From positions 19,408,001-19,472,000 of the forward strand of contig OZ076409.1 of the NCBI GenBank assembly GCA_964187785.1: a stretch of 64,000 nucleotides of DNA. The letters are read 5' to 3'. Below the pieces are notes generated by a model that searched no databases, was not told the origin of the DNA, and saw nothing but the letters and a program-made list of their open reading frames with translations. Position numbers and translations under genes: made by a program. The stretch comes from Amphiscolops sp. MND2022 (taxonomy: Eukaryota). Shown piece after piece: positions 13,352 to 23,300 of this stretch; within the stretch, counting starts at the first letter, position 1, and every line of letters begins with the position of its first letter.

Positions 13352-16300
13352 AATGTATGATAACTACGGTTTTGATGTCACAAGAAAAAAATTACAAGAA
13401 GTGCAGTGTTGCAGCGAGATTTAGATTTTTGGTACAGGTGAAAGTCTTTTATAATAATGAAAAAAATTCAAATTTAACATTTCAAGCACCGGGGTGACTA
13501 AGCTCAAATATCGGAGAATACCTCAAATTTTGGGCCTTTTTTTTCAAGAGAACAGGATGAAAAAATGTTTCTGATATTCGGTTCTAGAATGATAACGCAA
13601 CATTGATGACGCAACCATACTTCAGGAAGCAGAAGTTCACGAAAAACAAGGAAGGCGCCAGGAGGACTATACTTGGTATGTCAGCTGATCAATACATCCT
13701 TTCAAAACTACTTCCTAGCTTCAGCAGACAACACCAATACAAAAATATATCGTCAGTGATGACTAATAAAACGTCCTTGTAAAAATTGTGGTCACAGAAG
13801 CAACTCATTAAAAAGCTCGTTGACACTATTCAAGAGAATTCAACCAGCAAAACTGAAAAGTTGAAAAATTTTCGTAACCTCTTAAATGGTATGAGACGAA
13901 AAGATGTCTGAAATCATCATTTTAATAACTTATGATTGAAAGCTTTATGATCAATCGAGCTAATGATTGCGATCAGAGAGAATTTTGTTCCGAAGTAAAT
14001 CAAAATGAAAATGTATCACACCTTGATCGCACCGGAAGTATACTCAATTGGAACTATTGGAATAAATGAATTGATGAATCATAGGTTGAGCAAGCCGGGA
14101 ACGGCATAAGAGTACTCTGTCTGAAACAGAGCAAACGTACTTCAAAACGTCAAGGTTTCTCATTAATCAATTCTCATTTTCACACTACCGAAAGCTCCCA
14201 AAATGCGAAATTTTTTGGGTTTTAAACGGTTTTTTATTTTGCTTCAATCTCACTAGATGTTTCAACAAACCAATGCGTTTTTGTTTCTCTCACTCAAGAA
14301 ACAAAGAAACATCAAGTACTTGTATAGTAACGTCAAAGACTCAAATATAGCGTGCTTATTTGTGACCCTTGTTCCAGAAGGTTCTCTCCAATCTCGAATC
14401 GACCACGTTTCCTGGTCGTGAAGATCGAGAATCGGCATAGGAATGCCGTAACTTCGAACGCTTGCTAGATTCTCTTTTGGTCGTGGATAAAAAATTATCG
14501 AAAGTTTGCGTCAGCTCAGGACTCACGTGTGCTGGAGCGTCGTCTTTCGTAGCGCTCCATACATATTCATTCTATTCGTCTCTTGAAAAATCGTTATTAA
14601 GGCTTTTTAAAAATTTTAAGTTCTGATCCAATTTCGCGACACGGCAGCATTTTCTAGCATTCGTGCTGATCTGTCAAAGCATTAGTTGTGAGATCGTGAG
14701 TTTCTATACTTTCTTTGATTACAGTTTCATTGTTAGCATCAAGAGTTCCAGATGGGAATTTCGTTTCGCTGCTATCTGGCTCTAAAAACCATTCCATTCA
14801 ATTAATGCTACAATGGCTTCCTTCGAAAACTAGAAGTCTCATTTGGCAATATCGAGATTCAACGGGGTTAGTTGCACATTCAGCGCATTGTCCATCACGT
14901 GTTTCATCTATCGAACTTTTAGTGAAGATAGTTTGACCTCATTTGATCAATTGCTCTGTGCAATTATTGAATCTGATCTGACAATTTCGTCTTGAATTTT
15001 GACACAAACGTTGAAAGTTTGGGCTTATAGATTACAATTACGTCAGAGCTGAAATTTATCTTTCAACAGCCATCGATCGAACTGTGGAACATTTACATCG
15101 GCTGTAAATAATGCTCGACACTCTTTGAAGAGATGTTCGAGACACACTTTTTTCACGTTGCAAAGCCCTGCAACGCTCTGATTGGAATTTTTCTTTGAGG
15201 ACGTGATGATCGCGTTCGTGTTTTATTTTCTCAGTCGATTAGCATTATTCTTGATCAAGACCACCAATTCAAAAATACTGGATTTGTAATCTTTGCCTTC
15301 AGCTTCCAGTATCAAAAACTTCGAAGTTATCTGTGATTTTGCATCAGCAATTTTTTCAAACCGTATTTTGTGTTCTCTTCAACCTGCGGAAGTGGAGGAA
15401 CTCTACAGGGCATCAAAAACAACAACACCTGTGTTGTGCCGTATTGCTTCGCTGTCCTTACTTTAAAATCGCAATCTTTGTACTTCAATTTCTGCGTTCC
15501 TCGCTGTATGCTATGCAAAACTTTGGTCAACGTGTTGGTCAAAGAACCAGGTACTCCGCGATTTGAAACAATTACTAGTTAATAATGATTTTTGCTGTAC
15601 CTAAATATAATAGCCAACCCAGATGGGATTCTGCAAATCTAATTCTAAGTTCAGAAATGATGAGCACATAAAGTAGTGAATAAAGAAGCTGTTTTTCCGC
15701 ATCGCGGCAGCAAATTGTAGAGGCTGATTGCAGCAGTTAATGGCTTTGGACCGTTAGCCTGTCCTCAGTATAATTACCAAAAACTGTAAAAGTCACCCAA
15801 ACTTAGTTTTGTGATGAATAGTGAATATTCCAACTTCGGAATACCTGTTTTAAAGGAGTCAATTTTTCGTTCTAATTTGGTCATACAACAACTTAGGCAC
15901 ATCTAGTAATAGAGCAAATAAAACAAGCAACTAATTCTGCGTAGATATAACCTAATGAGAGAATTTTCGCTGATTTATACAAGTAACTACACTTTCCTGA
16001 TCAGTAAATACACCATCTTGGCCACTTCCGGCATATTTCTGTGCGTTGTTAATGCCTACGAATACTCAAATATGTTCTTGTAACAGAATCACAAACAAAG
16101 ATGAGGGCTAAATGGGGTTTAAAAGGAAATGGAGGGCAATTTTCCAGAAAATTTATATATGGGGTCTGAAACCTAAACATCATCAGGAAAAAAACGAAAT
16201 GAGAAAGTCCAATTAGTTTCCATTTGTTTCTGGTTTATTCGGTATTTCGGGTCCAAAAATGTCGGTAGTCGTAATCCGGAAGTCATTGTGTTCTTTGACG

Positions 16301-16371
16301 TGTCCTTAGGCATCCTTGAAATTGCTAAAATTGGTTTATTTTCAGTTGACGATTTTCAGTCCTTTTTAGCG

Positions 16372-16527
16372 GGTTTGGAATTCCCAAACCAGAATTTGTA
16401 TCGTTTTTGTCGGTGCTATATTTGAGAAGAGGCAATGCGGGAAAGGCGTTTGTCGGTATTCATGAGTGCTTCTCAAATATAGCACCGACAAAAACGATAC
16501 AAATTCTGATTTGGGAATTCCAAAACC
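16372..16527. repeat. Short foldback/MITE hairpin (~57-bp arms)
   Basis: ggtttggaattcccaaaccagaatttgtatcgtttttgtcggtgctatatttgagaag ... cttctcaaatatagcaccgacaaaaacgatacaaattctgatttgggaattccaaaacc. Confidence 0.85.
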
Positions 16528-16541
16528 GGCAAAGCTTGTGC

Positions 16542-16647
16542 GTCTTTCACTTTCTGGAATCTATGAACAATTTCCCCTAAGAAAATTTGTCGTGAGACTA
16601 AAAACTTTTAGTGAAATTTTCACGGCTATACATAGTACCTTTTAAAG
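16542..16647 (+). repeat. 106-bp direct repeat, copy 1 (copy 2 at 34022-34127)
   Basis: gtctttcactttctggaatc...catagtaccttttaaag appears identical at both positions. Confidence 0.9.
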
Positions 16648-17234
16648 GCAGAGTCTCTGAGTTATGCTCAGTTCAGACTGATTGCATAAGTACAATGCCT
16701 CTCGGGACGAAAATTATCTGAAGGAATCATGGAACAGGTTTTCCTAGCTGAAAATATTTGATGAGATGGAAAATGTTCTAAAAAGAAGTCGCACAGTCCA
16801 TAAAAAATAAATGAAGGATCCTTTGGGCTCGAAATAGTTCTCTTTATAGTTCTCTTTTTAGGCAAATATAGAAATTTCACAGAGTATAAAAATCCAATGG
16901 TGGATCCTGTCACAGCCCCACTTGAGCTGTGAGTATTGCAGCAGAATCAACCCAGTCTTCGAAGAATAAATTAGGAAATGGAAAAGGAGAAATGAAAACA
17001 GAAAACCAGAAAACAATCAGTTCAATCCATACAACCTGAAATAATGGCGCTAAATAATATAATAATTAGAAGAAATTATATATTAATATTTATGTAGTTA
17101 TATATACTTACATACAGTGTACTAACCGGTATAAAGCTACTTGTGCAGTTAATAGTATTAATACGGTGCTATATATTTAATAGTAATACAATCACACCGC
17201 TCAGTAAGCGGCCTGAATGAATAATGGCGGAACT

Positions 17235-18090
17235 GCGGCCTGGCAACCGGCCTGAGATTTGCGCAGTGAAGCGGTGGCCTGGCGAGTGGCCTGAGAATGA
17301 AAGTGCTACGAATCAATCTCTAACACCAATTATGCTATTTTGTGAATACATGTAAACCTGTTGATGCGTTAAACGAGTATTAGAACAACGTTATACATGT
17401 AATTGTCCATATAAACAAGTATTGGAGCTAACTTTGAAATACCGATATACTGCGGCCCAGGACATGGCCTGAAATGTAAATCTATAAAATCCATTGTAGA
17501 AATGGAAATCGTTAATATTAATAGTGATTTTTTCTGCTCCTAATGAGCCTACCAATCAATGCCTGCAATCTCAAATGATGCCTGGAGATAAAGAAAGAAG
17601 TATGATGCTATTTTTACAGATAAACCATGTTCAAGTGCTAAATGAAGTAGACCGCGGCCTGAGACACGGCCTGAAATCTATTCTGACCAAATCCATCCTG
17701 GAATTGGAAATATCGATCCCCCTAACCATTTGTCCGCTCTCGCGAGGGAGCAGTGACGTAACACATGCAACAGTAAGCGGTATTGATTGATTACATGCAA
17801 TGTATGATGATTTTAACCATGTAAATGCAGTATTTAATTTGAGAACGCCAAGCTGCGGCCCAGACCTTGGCCTGGGATTAAATGTTCGATTTAATTTGTT
17901 TAATCTCCATAAATGATTTGTGTTGCATTGTTTAGAGTCAATTTCCACTCAACTAGATTGGGAAGAGACTCGAACCGTATTCTCGAGTTGATTCTAATCA
18001 CTGAATTGTTCGCTGTTGATATAATTAATCATTATTTTTCGGGAAATGATTTTATTTTGCCTCAACCGTTCCAGACCTCAGCCTGGGACC
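17235..18090 (+). promoter_or_regulatory. Array of GCGGCC-N8-GGCCTG motifs in the LTR
   Basis: Copies start at 17235, 17274, 17452, 17654, 17855 and (degenerate) 18066, separated by unrelated AT-rich DNA; mirrored in the 3' LTR. Function is inferred. Confidence 0.6.
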
Positions 18091-18309
18091 GAGCTTTCCC
18101 ATTTATACTCGAATTTGTGATTTTTAAGCTTTCATGAGTGAACTTTATGAGCTAATTTGTATTTCTTATTAAATAATCATCTCGCCGTGCAATATTTGAA
18201 CCAAATTAATTCGGGAAATTCTCATTTTTCCAATTTCCAATTTGTTGCTTTGTTCGATCATTTCGCTCTTTGGGCGTGCGCAGTGACTAATTTTTTTCAC
18301 ACTTTGTTC

Positions 18310-18700
18310 AGTTTCGGCGTCTTGAAAAGGCGGGGATTGGAGGCGAAGGGAAGCGGAGTCGCAACTCAGACAGGAAGTGGACGCGTGCTTTCCTCGGAAA
18401 GCATGAACAAACTGAGAGTCTGAGTTCGACAAAGCGGAACTGAACTTCCTGTTTCTCCGCTTTGGAGGGACGCCGGGCTGAATGAAGCGTGAAAGTGGTG
18501 CGGATTTTTCCCCGCTTCACGTGGGTGAAAAGTATATATACTTTGGAAGATTGAATAATTCCAGTGAAAAAATAGTCTTGATAATTTCAACAAGTTGATA
18601 ATTTGACAACTTTGTTAAAATCTTGAAATTCAATAATCGTTCGTTGTAAAACAACTTTACTCTTCACTTTGAAAATACAATTGAAGAATAAAAAAATCTC
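18310..18700 (+). promoter_or_regulatory. Putative LTR core promoter and polyadenylation signal
   Basis: GC-rich block with GGAAG and CACGTG sites, then TATA-like aaagtatatatacttt (~18529-18544) and AATAAA at ~18687 (ATTAAA in the 3' LTR), upstream of the gag ATG at 18761. Confidence 0.45.
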
Positions 18701-18760
18701 AATCTTTTCTCTCATATTCTCGTTGGATAGTCTCGAGCTTATAAATCTTAAACCCGAAAA

Positions 18761-20323
18761 ATGCCTGAAAGATCCTCTAAAAGAAAGGCCAGGAGAGATT
18801 CAGCGACTAGTTCACTAGGTGAGCCAGAAGCAACTAGTTTAAGAACTGAAAACGTTCCCAGTATTTCCGACCGAGACTTCTCTGAGCTATCTGAGAAAAT
18901 TGAAAAGTCAGTGACCAGAAGGATAAGAGATGCTGAAGTTGGGCAAAGGGAGATTTTGAAAATGATCGAGAATTTATCCTCAAAAATAGATTCACTGTCC
19001 GGTCAGTCGCCCAATTGTGAAAACCTCGCCTTAGATTCCGACGAGACCGAAAATCAAGCCTCAACATCAAGGCCATCCATACTGAAGGAGTTGCACCCAT
19101 CGCAGGGTCAACACATGGTGACAGGAATGTTCCCCCAAGCAGAAGTGCCGCCCCGATCATCAAGCCTACCGCCCCCCAACCAGAAATACCCGGACCACAT
19201 AGTGGAAAAGCTACTAGAATCGCTACAGAACGTAACCCAACAAAATATCGGGCTCCCTAGACTGCCAAAAGCGATGTCAACAACAATGCCTACTTTCAAA
19301 GGTAAAAATGACAAGTTTGAACACTTCGAAGACCTTTTTATGACTAGCCTCAAAGTGTATCCCAACATATCCGAAGAAGAGAAAATACACTATTTTCATT
19401 CCTTACTCAGGGATGACGCCCTGCAGACATACCGCAATATGACCGACACAACCCGTGCCAGCCTGGAGGACATCATAACAACCTTCAGACGACGATATGT
19501 CCGACCCCAATCTATCGCAACAGCCCGCTGCAAATGGAATCAGCTCTTTTTTGACCCATCCCAACAAACTTTTCAAGATTTCTTGGAGCAGTATCAAAAA
19601 CTGGCCCAAGAAGCATACGGAGATGACGCCCCCAAGTTCATTGAGACCTCCTTCTACGCCAAAATGCCGACCCACCTAAAACGAGTGCTAAACCAGGCAA
19701 GGTTAGAAACTGAATCGTACGAAACGATGGTCGAACACCTAGAAAGAGAGATGGAGCTAAACGGACTGTTGGCACCAAACGAGAGCAACATAACAGGAGT
19801 GCACCAAATTGACGTGCAAGATCCACAACAAGCTCCGAACCCCCCCAAACCGTCAGGACCATGCTACGGATGTGGGCAATCCGGCCATGTTGTCAAAAAT
19901 TGCAGAAAAGTAGCCCGCGAAGCTCGCAATCGGGGTAACAGAGTGCCCAACAAAATAGTTAACCCATGCGAAACCTGTGGCAAGAAAAGCCACACAACCG
20001 AAGAATGCTACTCAGGCGCCAACTGGGCAAATCGACCACAATGGTGGAAAACCCCCAAGGCCACGTCCTCAAACAGCATACCGCTACCGCCACAGTCACA
20101 AGGTCAGTATGCCAAAACCAATTTACCAGTGACCCAACCGCCATATCAAAATCAAGCAACCAGCCAAATGGGCTACCTACCTCCTCTTTCAATGACAACC
20201 CAACCCCAAACCCAAACTCAGTACCACAACCAGGCAACTGGCCACATGGGATTCATACCTCCCGCGCAAGTGACTACCCAACCTCAAACTCAACCTCAAA
20301 ACCAAACCCAGTCAAAAAACTAG
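18761..20323 (+). CDS. gag: Gag of Gypsy B (520 aa); the first ~118 codons lie inside the LTR
   Basis: Capsid-like region (MPTFKGKNDKFEHFEDLF...LRDDALQTY); two CCHC knuckles CYGCGQSGHVVKNC and CETCGKKSHTTEEC; Q/P/T-rich duplicated tail. Confidence 0.93.
   Translation: MPERSSKRKARRDSATSSLGEPEATSLRTENVPSISDRDFSELSEKIEKSVTRRIRDAEVGQREILKMIENLSSKIDSLSGQSPNCENLALDSDETENQASTSRPSILKELHPSQGQHMVTGMFPQAEVPPRSSSLPPPNQKYPDHIVEKLLESLQNVTQQNIGLPRLPKAMSTTMPTFKGKNDKFEHFEDLFMTSLKVYPNISEEEKIHYFHSLLRDDALQTYRNMTDTTRASLEDIITTFRRRYVRPQSIATARCKWNQLFFDPSQQTFQDFLEQYQKLAQEAYGDDAPKFIETSFYAKMPTHLKRVLNQARLETESYETMVEHLEREMELNGLLAPNESNITGVHQIDVQDPQQAPNPPKPSGPCYGCGQSGHVVKNCRKVAREARNRGNRVPNKIVNPCETCGKKSHTTEECYSGANWANRPQWWKTPKATSSNSIPLPPQSQGQYAKTNLPVTQPPYQNQATSQMGYLPPLSMTTQPQTQTQYHNQATGHMGFIPPAQVTTQPQTQPQNQTQSKN
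19116..19127 (+). promoter_or_regulatory. Primer-binding site of Gypsy B
   Basis: TGGTGACAGGAA abuts the LTR end; TGG pairs with tRNA CCA. The tRNA is not assigned. Confidence 0.75.
20314..20320 (+). promoter_or_regulatory. -1 ribosomal frameshift slippery site A AAA AAC
   Basis: Gag frame reads TCA AAA AAC TAG; pol is in the -1 frame; small hairpins follow (atcttc...ggagat; tgtcg...cgaca). Confidence 0.8.
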
Positions 20324-23300
20324 CTTTGCCACATCTTCAGTTTGGGGAGATTGTCGAAACCCGACATTTCACAACATCAGAACCCCCAAATACCTACGAC
20401 CACGAAGAAAATGACGAGCGACATGAAGAACCATCTCTCGACTGGCAGCGAAGATGGCAGATTCACAAGCTCAACAAACAAAATCGACAAAACATGACTA
20501 AAAAGGTCTACCCCCAATGGTACCTTGACAACCCAACCGACTACAGTACCCCAAAACGACCACTACCCGAAAGTACTGCCCCTGAAACCTACATACATGA
20601 CCCTGACTACAACTGCGACCCCTACCACAATCCCAAAATCTACGACCAAACGACTCTAACCTTTAAACAACAAGAGTGTACGCCATTTGAGGAATTTATC
20701 AAGAAAACTGGGATGAATATCTCGACAGAACCACGTCACAGACCGAAGACCGTCCAACCAGTCCCAGAATACGACCAGGACGCGGAACAAGTGACAGAAA
20801 TAATAGTCGACGAGTCGACTAACAAACCCAAGTCCATACTCAAAGCTCACGGATCACAAACAACGGCTCCACAATCGCCACCAAAAAACCAACCAGTTAA
20901 CCCAATCAGAGCCGGAAGAATACGATCCCCAACAATGGACGTGGCACCCGACTGCCACCAACATGAAAATCTCACCGGCAGGACCACGACTGAAGCCGTG
21001 GACCTGACCCAAACCACAACCAACACGGAGATAACAATCTCCACACCGCAAACAAGGAGAATAAAAAGGTCTCTACTCCTAGAGCCTCTCTCCTACAACG
21101 AGGCGTCGCCCTCACTCTCCCCCCCAAGAAGTCAGTCCGCAAATGAAGTCGAGGACCCTCGACCCATTACGACTGACGAAACGAACATGCAGTCTGAATC
21201 CCTACCCGGTGACGCAAATGGCACACCACTCCAGGACGTACCTAGGTCCTACCCCAACGACCAGGCTGCAGAATACCCGAATCAAGATCATCCAGGCAGA
21301 GGGACACGAGCCCCCCTCTCTTCCAACACCAGGCAGTCCGAAAATGAGACCGAGAACCCTCGTCCCATTACGATTGCCGCAACCAACATGCAATCTGCAT
21401 CCCCCTCAGGTGCTGTAAACGACACACCAACCCAGGACGAACCCCAGTCCTACCCCCTGGCGCAGATTGCAGAATACCTCACAAGAGACCCAATCACCAA
21501 AGAGGAATGCATCCCAATCTTCTCAGCGGTGACTCCTAAGAAAAAGAAGAAGATGCTATTCGCCCCAATGGACTTCCAGGACCTGACCCTGGACGCCCTC
21601 ATTGACTCTGGAGCGCTGGTCAACTGCATCTCCGAAACCGATTACAACAAAATCCTTCAGATGTCCCCCAAGGACATAGTCAAAGAAATGGAACCACCCC
21701 CGTTCAAACTCCAAGTCGCAAACGGCGACATTGAAGCCCCCACCAAAACAATAATCCTCCAATTTGAAATAGGGGACTGGAATTTCAAAGAGACGTTCAT
21801 TTATGCAAAACGACTAACAGGCCCAATACTTGGTCTCACATTCCTGAAAAACAACAGCGCCATTCTGGATGTAAGCCAAGGCCTACTCCACTTCCCCCAT
21901 CTAACGTACTCAATTGAAACCGACGAGTACACCCGCAACCGAAAGATGTACAAAGTACAAGTAAAGAATCCAATCACCATTCCTCTTGAAACAACCCAGA
22001 CAATCACCGCCTACACAGACATAACGTCTACCATCGGCACAACCGGTGTCATCAACCCAGCTACCAACCATTGTAGCGGTGACCCCCTAGTAGTAGCCAG
22101 CTCAATATCTACAGCCTCCAACAGGAAAATTGAGGTAAGGGTGACCAACACTACCCCCACACCCTACACAATAAAAAAGAACACGACGGTTGCTGAATTC
22201 AAAATTATGTCGCCCGAAGAAGCCAAAGAGCTCAAACCGCTCAACACCGCAGCACTAAAAGTACTCACGGAGGATGACTCAGAAGATGCGATACTATACA
22301 TCAACGAACTCCTGAAAACTTCGGACCAACCTTCCCAGAGTCAAAACTTTTGGTTCCCCACACCAGACAATCCTGGCGACCCTAGTACCCACACGCCGAT
22401 TCAAAGCAGAATACTGAGGGAAATCAAGGAACTGGAAGAGATCCAGAAACTGGACCCCAATAACAATGCTGAAGACCGAGAGGCATTCCTCAAAAACTTT
22501 AAATGGGATGATTCCCAATTAACAGAAAATGACCAAAAAGACATTGAGGAAATCTTGATAGAGTTCAATGACATTTTCGCGAGGCACCGACTAGACATCG
22601 GAATCAACCACGACTTTAAAATCAAGCTCACGCCAAAAACAGACGACCCAGTCTACTCGCAAAGCCTGCCTTGCCCCATTAACTTGAAAGAGGACTTGAC
22701 AGTGGAACTGGCATTAATGCATTACTTCGGGATTATAACAACCCTCCCGTTCAGCAAGTATGCCAGCCCAATTTTCGCTCAACGAAAGCCGAACGGCCGC
22801 CTACGGCTCCTAGTAGATCTCAGAAAGATCAACAACCTGATTTCCGATGATTACATCAATAACAATCATCCGGTCAGCACCCTCACGGACGCGGCACAAC
22901 ACCTCGCTGGCAAGAAGTTGTTTTGTAAGCTTGATTGCTCACAAGCTTACCACGTACTGCAGATGGCAGACCAGAAGTCAGTCCAACTCCTAGCTTTCAA
23001 CTTCGCCAGCAGGACGTTCGCGTACCTCAGGCTGGCCCAGGGACTGAGCCGCTCACTGTCATCCTTCTCAAGCTTCATGAGGGAGTATCTGGACAAAGCC
23101 ATAAAGGCGGATAAATGCGCCCAATACGTGGACGACATTGGAATCGCCACAAACACTCCTGAAGAGTTGAAAAACAATTTGAGAGAGGTCTTCCAATGCA
23201 TCCGCGCCGCAGGACTCCGGCTCACAATGGCGAAATGTCAGTTCGGCGCCAAGGAAGTCGAATTCCTTGGGCGGACGATCTCCCCATCAGGTGTAGCACC

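Larger units (their letters stand above)
16908..19115 (+). repeat. 5' LTR of Gypsy B
   Basis: tgtcacagcc...gggtcaacaca; about 11 substitutions and no length difference versus the 3' LTR by eye (~0.5%). Confidence 0.97.

Noticed and set aside
13400..16300. Possible decayed transposase or other ORF remnants
   Set aside because: Frames are broken and no diagnostic motif could be identified.
17235..18090. Repeat-spacer pattern as a CRISPR array
   Set aside because: Spacers are mostly ~180 bp, repeats are short and degenerate, there are no cas genes, and the context is a eukaryotic LTR.
19966..20313. ATG at 19966 as the pol start
   Set aside because: It overlaps the gag zinc knuckle and tail; the slippery site at 20314-20320 explains pol expression better.
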